Origin: the human T2T-CHM13v2.0 reference genome, Homo sapiens
DNA: 64,000 bases
Assembly: GCF_009914755.1 (NCBI RefSeq)
Contig: NC_060929.1
Reading direction: 5' to 3' (one strand)
Under the pieces are notes generated by a model. That model was not told the origin of the DNA. It was given only the letters and a program-made list of their open reading frames with translations, and did not search any database. Made by a program: the position numbers and the translations under genes. Of the stretch, positions 11,725-23,729 are shown piece after piece (positions within the stretch are counted from its first letter, which is position 1; each line of letters begins with the position of its first letter).

Positions 11725-12226
11725 TGGGATAGTTAATACTGAGTGTCAACTTGATTGGATTGAAGGAAGATGAATCCTTCAGTTGATCCTGGGTATGTCT
11801 GTGAGGGTGTTGCCAAAGGAGATTAACATTTGAGTCAGTGGGCTGGGAAAGGCAGACCCACCCTTAATCTGGGTAGGTACCGTCTAATCAGCTGCCAGCA
11901 TGGCTAGAATATAAAGCAGGTAGGAAAAAAAAAAAAAAAAAAAACAAAAAATAAAAACGTGAAAAGACTAGACTGGCTTAGCCTTCCAGCCTACATCTTT
12001 CTCCATGCTGGACCCTTCCTGCCCTTGAACATCAGACTCCACATTCTTCAGTTTTGGGACTTGGACTGGCTTTCCTTGCTCCTCAGCTTTCAGACAGCCT
12101 ATTGTGGGATCTTGTGATTGTGTGAGGTAATATATATGGGAGTTTATTAAATATTACCTCACACAATCACAAGGATATATATCTATCCTATCAGTTCTGT
12201 CCCTCTACAGAACCCTGACTAATACA
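11725..12226 (+). mobile_element. 3' LTR (MLT2A1-type)
   Basis: Follows PPT AAGGGGTGGAC; homologous to the 5' LTR; ends CCCTGACTAATACA; contains an expanded A-run and an internal inversion. Confidence 0.92.
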
Positions 12227-14409
12227 TGCTGGTTTCAGATATGGATAAATTCAGGGTCTCAATGTATATTAGCAAGCTCTCACCATAACTGTGTTCATTT
12301 TTCCTCTACAAGGGTTTAACTTTTAAACAAGCTTACTGTAAAATTGCAGTAAGGTTGCTGACTTACAGCCTTAAAATACCTCCTCACAATTCAAACTGGA
12401 ATTACAGGACTACATTTGATAGGTTCATCTGGAGTCATTTGCCACATTTGGGGGTGTGTAAGGCAGCAAGTGGCTTAGGCCCAGGTCGCAGGCTCTCCCT
12501 TTATCTAAGGGTTAATTCAGTCCTACTTCAATTATAAGGGCTAACAGTGCAGAGGAAATATGCCCTGAGACAAATTTGTAGTAATGTTACAACTATTTGG
12601 AAATGAATATAGGAAGAAAAGATGAACTACCATAAAAGCAAACAATGTGATGAAGAATGCCTATGTGTACAATGAGAATGTATGAATGTTCAGCAGGAAA
12701 TTAAAGAATAAAAAATTAGCAATATTGCCACAGTAATTTTTGTCAAGCCACATTGTTCTCATTTTACTAAAATGATTTTAAAATTTACAGATTTCTTTTT
12801 ACAGTTTCAAATAAACCTGAGTAGACTTGTCTTTTGAGGAAAGCCAAAATATAGCAAATAGCAGCTTTGGAAATATCCAGCCTCTAGTTGTGACTGGTAT
12901 TGTGTTTTGCTTTCTTCATTTAAAGCCTCATTCAACTTTATTCCTACTTGACTCTTTGCTTTACAGACTAATTTATCATTTTTTTAAAGGAACTCTCCTC
13001 TTTCTCCAAGCAGTGATCTGATTCTGACATTCCTTTTGCTTGTCTTTACTGAATTAGTATTGATTTTACAACACATTGTATTGTTAGAAGAAAAACCCTT
13101 TGGTTTAACACTTTCACTAAAATGTTGCTAAATGAATATAATATGCTATTGCCATGTTGATCATGTTTTGCTCAATGTTTAACTCCATTCATTAGAGTGG
13201 GGCTGTACAGCATTTGGAATGACCACAAAACACATAGATGGCTATGTTCCTTGCACCCAATCCATTCCCATTTTCTATGCCCAAGATTATTCCAGTGTGG
13301 GCAGCATTCTTAGATAATTCAGAATGGTATTACAGTGCCATTAAACAAGAAAATAGAAAGTGGAATTCACTCTCTTTTGCAAAATAAATTATTCACAAAA
13401 TTTGGTACATTAACTATAGAGGTAGTTAATTTCAGAATGCACATTTTACAACTCTGTAATAATAATCAGTTATCTAATATGACCATTGATTGCCCAATTT
13501 TACTTTAGTAGAGTTGTTAGCCATGACACACCTCTTTGCTGAAATTTCTAATAGATTGTAAGTAACTAAAGGGAAACCAAGGTGGTTTTCTGAAAAAAAT
13601 TCTCCAGGCTAACATGTCACTCACGGAATAATAACCTGGAGTGGATGACAGTTCTCACACCAAGCTGCTTGACATCTGAACAGCTGCCAATGCCCTAGGA
13701 AATGTCACACCATCAGATACAGGCTCTGAGTGGGTGAGCAGCAAAGATGTATCTGGTAGAGGCCAGCACCCCAGGCCAGAGCTAGCACCCCAGGCCCCGT
13801 CATCCCATAAGCTTGAAGCCTGAGTTGAGCTGTCAGTTTAATAAATGAATAGCCTCTTTGTTTTGATCAGCATTGTCAAGGCTTATTTCAAAAAGGGACT
13901 GCGATTCCTCTCACAGACTAGCGCAGCCAAAGTCAATTGGCACAATTTCAAGGTGAATTTATTCATTCTTTATAAAGTTCTGTGCGCGAATATATCAAGA
14001 CAGTTGAATAAATTGAAATAAATAGACTTGGAGTTACATATTCTCCCTGTAATTGAAATAGTTTCCCCCCAATATATTTATAGTAATAATTCTACCTTTA
14101 CGAAACCTAGTCTAGCTACAGAAAGGAAAGCATAGAATTACCATTTTGATAACATATTTGGAAAATGCAACTGGGGCTAATATGTTGATAAGGGCACCTG
14201 AAAGTTGTCCTTGCCTTTAACTATTCCATGTTAAACTTTGAATAAAGCACAGCTTTACCACTTGATAAAGATGCCTGATTAGCCTGCATTGATGTGCAAA
14301 TATTTACCTTGAATTTGGTCATTCTAAAGAGAAGTGCCCAAACGCTAGCTCTTTCTGTCTGCTTCATAGTACTTTGAATTTAAGTTATATATAGGACACT
14401 GAAATAAAC

Positions 14410-14412
<3 letters not shown>

Positions 14413-14454
<42 letters not shown>
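14413..14454. repeat. (AC)21 microsatellite
   Basis: Read directly from the sequence. Confidence 0.97.
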
Positions 14455-14458
<4 letters not shown>

Positions 14459-15334
14459 CAAAAGGCAGCAGCAGTGTTGATGTCCATCAGAAACGAGGAA
14501 GTCTATATGTTGTATAAAATTAATTTAACATGGGTCACCGTAGAGGCCACCGTTATGATTACTAATAATATCCAGTAGTTTTAACTTGTGGCTCCAAGAT
14601 TTACTTCATTTTTTGAAACTTTTTTACTTATTTTGCAAACAAATGTACTCTGAGTCATAGTCAGCAAGGGTTACTGTAACAAAAAGCTCTCCTGGTTACA
14701 GTAGAAAAACCTCAAGTTTATCTGCATGTGATGGAGGGAGGAATTAATCTGGAACACTTACAGCATGCTGTTCTTAAAAGGATTTTCAAAGTATAAAATA
14801 TCTTATCTAGAAAGTTTGGTTCCTCTTAAAATCATCAATAAGCCCTGGGAAATGCGGCAATCTGAGGTTTGGGAAGGAAAATGCTTTGACTTGATAATGA
14901 AGGACACCTGGGAGTGATTGGCGTTTGCTCACAGAAAAGTCAAATAATTGAGGTATAATGATGAGAAGGGGTTTAGAGAACAACTTAGTCCAATGCTAAT
15001 CCTTTGAAAACTTAAAGCGATGTCTATGATTTTTTTTCCCCCAGTGACAAGCAATCTATAAAAGTGATCAAACCGATCAACTGAGAATGCCATTTCTCTC
15101 CCTTTATCACTGTTTATCTCATTCTTTTAAAGCAAACTGAAGCTCCCTCTCCTATCCATCAGTGTGTATATAAGCTCTGATGTGTGACCCATGGGCAAAT
15201 TAGCATTTCTTAGCCCTGCCTGGAACATTATTTCATAAAACATAAACAATAAGTGTGTGAGTTACAGTCAGTCTGAGGAGATGTATGGCTTGAATAACAT
15301 AAATTGCAAAAGGATATTTTTACTTCTGTGTCAT

Positions 15335-15337
<3 letters not shown>

Positions 15338-15378
<41 letters not shown>
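15338..15378. repeat. (AT)n microsatellite
   Basis: About 20 AT units. Confidence 0.97.
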
Positions 15379-15379
<1 letters not shown>

Positions 15380-15661
15380 CCAAGTAAGTTGTTATTGATT
15401 ACAAGTCTTTTTTCATAGTTCTCCCAGTAAAGCCCAAGTGTATGAGCTGAAAACCTGAGCTCCAATTTTAGTAGATGAATATCTATACACTCGTAACATA
15501 TTATCAAAGCAGTACCTTATTTGACGGTGAATAGAGATCATATTAATTTCAGAGTTCATCCTAACCCTAAGCAAAAGGGCATCTGTGGGGTCTGGAAGGA
15601 ATAGCCATGGTGCCTTAGATGTAGAGGCTCTCTTGATGGTTTAAACTACTTGTTTTTATTT

Positions 15662-15801
15662 TTTATAATTTTTTTTCCTTTTCTTTTAGAGACAAGGTCT
15701 CTATGTTGTCCAGGCTGGTCTCAGACTCCTGACCTCAAGACATCCTCCTGCCTCAGCGTCCAGAGTAGCTGGGTTCCAGGCATGAGCCACCATGCCCAGC
15801 T
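15662..15801 (-). mobile_element. Alu monomer (FLAM-like)
   Basis: Single antisense monomer with T-rich tail; CTACTTGTT repeated on both sides as probable TSD. Confidence 0.85.
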
Positions 15802-16017
15802 CCCAAGCTACTTGTTGATTATCAAAATTTTAATAAGGGAAGCACTGCTGAGGAATAAATGACTTTAAACTCTAAGAACAAGTTGAGGCCATGAAAGTTG
15901 TAGGCACCTTCCATTTGTAGAGTCTACATTGTATCTGAACATAAAATAACCCCTTGAATAAAGAATTACAATGATATTACCTCAGGAGACCCTGCCTGAA
16001 AGACATAGTAGTTTTTC

Positions 16018-16324
<307 letters not shown>

Positions 16325-16565
16325 TAGCAGTTTTTCATTGCCCATGTTTCTTGCCTTTCTTAAGCTGAAAATAAGCAGTTAGTATTTTCAGGGGATTCTT
16401 CAGGGAGTTTTTAATATAAGAATTTGAATTTGAGTCCTTTTCTTACCAGACAAAGAACTTTTAGTAATTTGTGGTTGTATTACTGATGGCTATCCAATTT
16501 CTCTTGTAATACTGGTAGAAGCATCCTGCTGTTCCATTATTTAGAGCTTCAAAAAACCTCTAGAA

Positions 16566-17109
<544 letters not shown>

Positions 17110-17209
17110 ATATAGAATAGAAAATATGTAGGAAATGAGACTCTGTTGTTCTAATTCACATCAATAAATTAATGCAATCTATTGTTACCCCTTGGAGTTG
17201 AGATAATTC

Positions 17210-17492
17210 TTATTTATTTATTTATTTATTTTTTTTGAGACAGGCTCTCACTCTGTCACCCATGCTGGAGTGCAGTGGTGCAATCAAGTTGTCCTCCCAC
17301 CTCAGCCTATGGCGTAGCTGGGACTATGGGCACATGCCACCATGCCTGTCTAATTTTTTTTAACTTATTTTTTTATAGAGAAAGAGTCTTGCTATGTTGC
17401 CCAGGCTGGTCTTGAACTCCTGGACTCAAGCAACCCTCCCACCTTGGCTTTCCAAAGTGCTCAATTGCAGGAATGAGCCTATGTCCCAGGCC
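17210..17492 (-). mobile_element. AluJ-type SINE with internal deletion
   Basis: Antisense Alu with (TTTA)n tail; GATAATTC flanks both ends. Confidence 0.9.
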
Positions 17493-17664
17493 TGGGATAA
17501 TTCCTGACTAAGACTTATACTACCTTATTTTGCTCTTTAACACTCCTGTTAATCTAATCAACCAACTCAAAACTAGACAACAAAATACCAGTCAAATGTT
17601 AGATCTCAGTGTTTGTTAGCAGGTCTCAATATAATTAAGGTTCTTCAGTCACCAAAACTTTTAC

Positions 17665-17875
17665 TGAACTCATCCAATCATCAAATTTTTTAGAGGACCT
17701 GCTGTGGGCTAGACAGGAGAGATTATAATGTCTCCATCACGGAACAAAACAAAATCAAACCACCAAATAAACAAATTATTTACATTGTAACCAGTGTTTT
17801 ATAGAAAGAAAACTAAGGGGCTGTTATTGAGAATAGTGTGATGGGGATTGTACTTTCTATTGAGTGGTTTAGGAA
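17665..17875 (-). mobile_element. L2 3' end relic
   Basis: CATCCAATCATCAAATTTTTTAGAGGACCTGCTGTGGGCTAGAC resembles an antisense L2 3' terminus. Confidence 0.5.
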
Positions 17876-17979
17876 CCTTTTACCTTTTTCTTTTATTGGT
17901 TAGAAATAAAGGCAAAATAGGGCGTTGCTTGAGCATAATTTCAGTGGCAAGAATGGACTAATTAAATTAGGACATTTTA

Positions 17980-19480
17980 GAAAAATAAGTAATTTCCTCA
18001 GTAGGTAAATGTGACAAAATTCAAAAGGTGCAAAAATATATAAAGTAAATTTTCTCCCCGACCGCCCTTAACTACTCAGTTTCCCTTGCTAAAGGAAATA
18101 CTATTATCAGTTTTTAAAATTCATTATATATATATGAATATATATTTACACACAGACACACACATACTAGAAAATCAGACTTGGAAGATAGATATATCAA
18201 TTTCCTGCCTTTGTTATGTATTCATACTTCAGCATATACAAGCTCACTGCTACATTTAGAACTTTAATGATGGGTACTTTATATATTTCTAATTAAATAC
18301 TATTATACAGTGTAGCAATAAAATTATTCACACTTAAAATTTTGCATGAGATATCTGTGTTAAGGGGCAATGGTTGATAAGTCTGTCACTTTTCTGAATA
18401 TCCTGCAACCAGAGGAGTTAACTGCTGTTTTATTCCAGACTGTCTTATCAATGATGTTTTTATGACAAACACCCTAAAGATGGAGATGATGTCTCCCTCT
18501 GGAAACAAAGCAGATGTATTTACTGGTTAGCATAAAAGTTTCAGACTTCCTAAGCTCAAAGCTCCTCAGCTCTGAAGCAAACCCACCACAAAGGCTGCCC
18601 CTCCATGTTGCCCCTGTGGAACTTGAAAGGACAGAGGGAACTGTTGAGAACATGCATCTTGTGCAGCTTTCTGTCCCATGCATGATACTGCTGTGTATCT
18701 CTGGCCCAGGAGTCTCCAACCTTCTGCCATCATACGTGAAACTGTGACAGGCGATTTGTTAGCTCAGAAGTAAGGAAAAAAATATCAGATTCTTTAAAGT
18801 TTGTAATTATCTGTGGGATAAATTCCTAGAATGAAAATTGTTTAGCTAAAGATTAAATGCATTATAAATACATGTTGATCATTACATTAATATCAACATA
18901 TATTAATAGCAACATATAATCTCTTCCTCCAATCTCGCTAACAAGTTGTATTACCTAACTTGATATTTGCCAGCTTGTTAAGTAAAAATAACATCTGATT
19001 GTATTTTTATTTTGCATTTTACAATGAATGACTCTAAATATTAACTCAAGTACTTAATCACTGTTTATATATATATATATACATTTCTCTGGAATTCTCT
19101 ATTTCTATCCTTCCTCATTTTTCTGCTGGTTTTTCTTACTGATTATTTAGAGCTCTTAAGGTATTAACAAATTAAATTTTTGTATATCAGACATTTATAC
19201 ATATTTCCCTGCAATATTCTATTGCCTTTTTACTTTAAGTTTCCTTTTAGGAATAATTTTTTTAAATTTTAAGCAGACAAATTTATCAATATTCTCTTTA
19301 ATGGCTCCTAAATTTATGTGATATTAAGGCCTTTCCTACTCAAATATTATGTAAAAACTAGGTTTTGCTGCTTGTTGTACCTTTCTGATTTTATTTTCCA
19401 CATTTAAATCTTTGATCCATCCACAATGTATTTTTGAGTAAGGATTAAGATATAGATCCATCTGCTTTCTTTTCCAGAAT
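17980..19480 (-). mobile_element. Old L1 (L1ME-like) fragment interrupted by an LTR
   Basis: T-rich antisense L1 text (GGGATAAATTCCTAGAATGAAAATTG, CATTTAAATCTTTGATCCATC). Confidence 0.6.
18345..18805 (+). mobile_element. ERVL LTR, MER76/MER77-like
   Basis: 3' part CTCTGGCCCAGGAGTCTCCAACCTTCTGCCATCATACGTGAAACTGTGACAGGC...TTAGCT resembles MER76/77. Confidence 0.6.
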
Positions 19481-19744
19481 TAGGGTATTTTTGAAATAAT
19501 CAACACCATGTTAGAAATCTTAATTGAGATTTGAAACAAAAAAGAATTTCCTCAAGAATAACTTAATCACACACTCGAGATAAACTATTAACTGAATTTA
19601 CTAAACCATTAAATTAAACATTTCAACTAATTACCAAGATAGTACTGAATTTTAAGATTTGCTTTGGCCACCAGGCCTTCTTCACAGAGGGAGGGGATTG
19701 GCACATACTCTCTAGTGAGGTCATTTGCAGAACTTTGATTTCGA

Positions 19745-19920
19745 TCATCCTTCCTCCTTTTCTTTCCTATTTCCTCCCTCCTTCCCTTTCTGTTCCCTTC
19801 TGTCCTTACTTATTTCCCCCTTGCTTTCTTTCCTTCCGCCTTCATTTTCCTCTCCCCTTCCCTTCCCTTCCCTCCCCCGCTCCCCTTCCCCCCTCCCCCT
19901 TCATTCCTCCTTCCTATTTC
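19745..19920. repeat. CT-rich polypyrimidine low-complexity tract
   Basis: Nearly pure C/T for ~175 bp. Confidence 0.9.
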
Positions 19921-20193
19921 ATGAATCAGACAAATCTCCCTCAAAGACCCATGACTACTGTCTATTGCAGAGCCGGTGCTTCCCATGCACATGTTTCTGT
20001 GTATCACTTTTTTTTTGTCTCTAGATTCCTTCTTCTGTGTCTTTCTGTGTTCAGCATTTCTCTACTTTTCCCATTGCACTGTTTCTTTCCTTTCCTGCTT
20101 TGGTGAGATGACCCCTCTGCATAGCCCTGAACTGCTGCTGCTTTCAGAAAACCTGTATCTCCTTCTGCTTTCTGGGCTCTTCTTACTCTACAG

Positions 20194-20419
20194 CAACTTT
20201 GTCCAACCTGTGACCCATGGGCCACATGCGGCCCATGACAACTTTGCAAGCTGCTCAACACAAATTCATAAACTTTCTTAAAACATTAAGAGATTTTGTT
20301 TGCGATTTTATTTTTTAGTTCATTAGCTATAGTTCGTGTTAGTGTATTTCAGGTGTGGCCCAAGACAATTCTTCTTCTTCCACTGTGGCCCAGGGAAGTC
20401 ACAAGATTAGACATCCTTG
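20194..20419 (-). mobile_element. MER30 hAT-Charlie MITE
   Basis: CACAAATTCATAAACTTTCTTAAAACATTA...GTGGCCCAAGACAATTCTTCTTCTTCCA; CTACAG on both flanks. Confidence 0.88.
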
Positions 20420-21299
20420 CCTACAGATTCATTGCCTAAAAAGTGATTTATTTCTCACTAAAACTTTCTGGGACATTTCCTCAGGAAAAAAGATTGCAAA
20501 TAAGCTTAAGTATTTTCTTCTTTTTTTTAGCTTTGTCTTTCAGGGTTGTTTATTATTGTTTATTTAATTTTATTTTTTAATGTTTGTAACTCAGCTACCC
20601 CCTTCATGTATGATTATATTTATTTTGCAATCATGAAAAAGACTATGATATTTTTGGTTAAAAGACCACTACTGCTATATCTTTAGCAAATGTTTTTGCT
20701 TTGTTACCTCTATATCAAATAGTCTGATTAAGTGATTTATGTATGTTCACTCAGATTATAATTCCTTTTCTTCAGACAAGCAATATGACCTTAAGTATAG
20801 AAATTATTATCTCTGCTGCCTTTACAGCCTCCTGACCACTTCTTCCTGGGCTGTGTCTCCCATAATAGTTCTTGTCATAACAACTCTTTAACTTCTACTG
20901 TTCAAATGTGCGGTCTTTATTTCAGGCCAGATGAGCATTTTCTATTTCTTTACCAGAACTCCAACAACACTTCATTCTTCATCTATTCTTATTCTTCTCA
21001 GGGCAAAGAAACCCTTGCCCCACCATCACCATTTATTCTGTTGATAATTAATCAAAGTATAAAATTTAATTTTAACAGTTACTTCTATATTTCCTTTCAG
21101 TTGTTTTATTCCATGCAAACCTATAGGAATATTATGAAAAACAGGTAAATGGTGAGAATATGTGCATTCTAAATACAGGTCTGTTAAATGAGTGATGATG
21201 GACCTAATGGAATTGAAGTGTCTCCATCAGAAATACAAGCAAGCTTCACCAGATCTGCAGTTTTTGATGATTCTATCCGGGAACCTCAGTGTTCGCCAT

Positions 21300-21526
21300 C
21301 AGGGTCCCATGACCGGGCGTGCAGGATGTGTGGTGCACCACAGTGACACTCTACATCATAGAAATCGAGCATTTGTTTGGATAGTCCAAAAAAAATTGGC
21401 AGATGAAAATATGAAGTGATTTTATAACAAAAAAGTTATACTAGCTTCCTACAGATAGACTAGTTGTGGAAGGGACATCTTTTCCCAATACACACAAAGG
21501 CTCCATATGGACCAACAGAGTCTCTG
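21300..21526 (+). mobile_element. MER91-like hAT-Tip100 MITE
   Basis: Starts CAGGGTCCCATGACCGGGCGTGCAGGATGTG, ends GAAGGGACATCTTTTCCCAATACACACAAAGGCTCCATATGGACCAACAGAGTCTCTG; both ends resemble MER91 termini. Confidence 0.6.
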
Positions 21527-21868
21527 CTCAGCCTCAGAGGGTGAAGCGAGGCACCAGGAGGTTCCTCATCATCTATTTCCACCAGGCTGCCGCTGCGATT
21601 ATCTTTGTATGTGTAGGAGTTTCTTGGAAGACTAACTTGAACAAAAAGTTCTGCTAACAATAAACAAAGAAAAAAGAAACTTAAAGAAAAAAAAGAGAGA
21701 GAAAATACTTTTGAACTAGATAATATTTAATGAAATTTCGGCTCTAGAGTTCTTTGACTATATGACTCAGTGATAATAAATAAATCTACATATAAGATGT
21801 ATATATATAAGATGTGTATATATATATATATATATACAACTTACATGTAACATGTATAACATATAACT

Positions 21869-21922
21869 TAAATGTGGGTTTATTGGTAATAGTATGAGAG
21901 ACAACAAACTAGGATCTTTCCT
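21869..21922 (+). repeat. 54-bp dispersed duplicate of 23266-23319
   Basis: 51/54 identical, first 36 bp exact. Confidence 0.95.
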
Positions 21923-23729
21923 ATATAATCATGTAATCTATCTATCTATATTTATATATAGAGAGAGTTAGCACTTTAACAACTAGGGAAAACTGTTACA
22001 GGATATTCTCTCCTTCAGGCAGTACATCTCCAACAAGTTCTTAAATTATTTTAGGAGACGTTATTTTTATTATTTAGGAGACTAGAAAAGTGAGATTTTG
22101 GGTTTCTTAAGAAGTTAAGAGTTTCTCCATATATACAGATCATTCTTTTTCATATGCTGACACTGAAGCTAAACCATAGCTCTCTACTATGAAAATTTGT
22201 TTTTTTGTTGTATTCTAAGTGTAAACTAGTGTTTAGTGACATTAGCTTATGTATGCATTAACACTCTTGTGATCTTATCATTTTGAATAAAAATTGTACC
22301 ATTTCATATAGCTAAAGCAAATATATTAATATATTGTTGTACTTGTTTTCAACACATTCTAATAAGCAATTATTTCTCTTTTTCAGACTGTAAGTTGAAA
22401 TAGACTAAATCACATTTTTTAATAGTATCAAAATGTGTTTTTAATTTTAGGTTTGAAGTTAGGTCTTGTAACCAAGAAAAATGTCCTATTAAATTCTAAA
22501 GTAATTAAGAATTTGTTAAAATAATTGGAAATTCAATGAAATTGGCAAAAAATGAACTGAAAATCAGTATTTTTAGAGAACTAGTATGAAAGGACTTTGT
22601 ACACTGTGGTGAGAGTTTCAATTAGCATAACATTGCTAACATAATTTTTCAGTATTTATCAAGACCCTTAAAAATACGTATTTATGAAATTGTATCTTTA
22701 AGCGGTATTAAGAGATTAGAAGAAATATGTATGTAATGTATTTATTATATTAGAAAAAAATTTATTAGGAGAACGGATGATATGGGTAATATGTAAAATA
22801 TAGTATCTTTCAGTCATCAAAATGTTATTCAAAAATATTTAAGATGTGTGTGCTAAAATCATTTTAAGCTAAAAATTAGCATTATAGTATATATAGTAAT
22901 ATGACTATAATTTTCAAAAATTCCATACAAATGCTGAAAACTGGAGAAAAGCATAATCATCAAAATATTTTTAATAGTTAAAATATTATAATGCCATTAC
23001 ATATTTTTCCTTCTTTACAGTTTTATTTTTCAAAAATTTAATGACATTTACAGTAAGAAAAATAAATTATAAATATTAATTTAAAAAATTGAGGATTCTG
23101 TATTAAACATTTATATGAAAAATCTGGATTTTTGTTACTCTGAAGAAAGTATCATTTGAAAGGCTTATTATTTATATCATTCAAGGTAATATTTTTGCTT
23201 AACAAGCTATATTTACTGTACATCTCCAGATTTCTGAACCGGCAAGTTTGGTAATTACCACCAGATAAATGTGGGTTTATTGGTAATAGTATGAGAGACA
23301 ATGAACTAGGGTCTTTCCTGGACATGGGAAGAGAAGAAAGCACACGTTTCCTCTCATGCAAGTCACTTCTTCCTCCTCTTTTTTCCCTTCTCCTTTTTCT
23401 TTTTTTCTTCCTCTTCTTGCTCTTTTTTTTGTCTTTGTTTTTCTTCTCCTTTTTAGATAGTGTGTTTGAATGATATTGCATTGACACTAATAACAAATTT
23501 CATCCATTTGTTCAACTCTGTTCAGCCTATTCCAAATTTGCACAGGAATTTATGGAACCCTAAGGTGTGGTATCAGTCCTGTGAACTCATTCCTTCTGCT
23601 CTTGCTGGATACTCTGAAATTTGGCTGCTCATCAGTCCATTCCAACATCAACACGACGTAGTCTTCTGCCTCCACTCCATCAAGTGTGAGAGATTCTCTT
23701 GGTCTGAATAATATATGATCATAGTACCT

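Larger units (their letters stand above)
8330..12226 (+). mobile_element. HERV-L provirus, internally deleted (pro/RT/RNaseH/most of IN missing)
   Basis: Two homologous LTRs, PBS, gag, IN tail/dUTPase, PPT; perfect 5-bp TSD TGCTG at 8325-8329 and 12227-12231; internal region only ~2.9 kb. Confidence 0.95.
8245..12330 (-). mobile_element. Old MaLR LTR (MLT1J/K-like) split by the HERV-L insertion
   Basis: Left flank TTTATTTGCTTACATTACTGAAAGTC joins right flank GTTTCAGATATGGATAAATTCAGGGTCTC into a continuous MLT1-like antisense sequence. Confidence 0.5.

Noticed and set aside
13758-13796. Short tandem duplication AGCACCCCAGGCC x2
   Set aside because: Ordinary slippage-type micro-duplication with only two units
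19725-20281. Long Pro/Ser/Phe/Leu-rich ORFs
   Set aside because: Arise from a CT-rich tract that lacks stop codons by composition
21460-21660. 66-aa minus-strand ORF resembling a small peptide exon (…GAFVCIGKRCPFHN)
   Set aside because: Its C-terminal third is antisense MER91-like sequence; no recognisable homology; retained only as a possible non-coding exon
23152-23496. Lys/Arg-rich 114-aa ORF
   Set aside because: The basic stretch is the antisense of a T/C low-complexity tract
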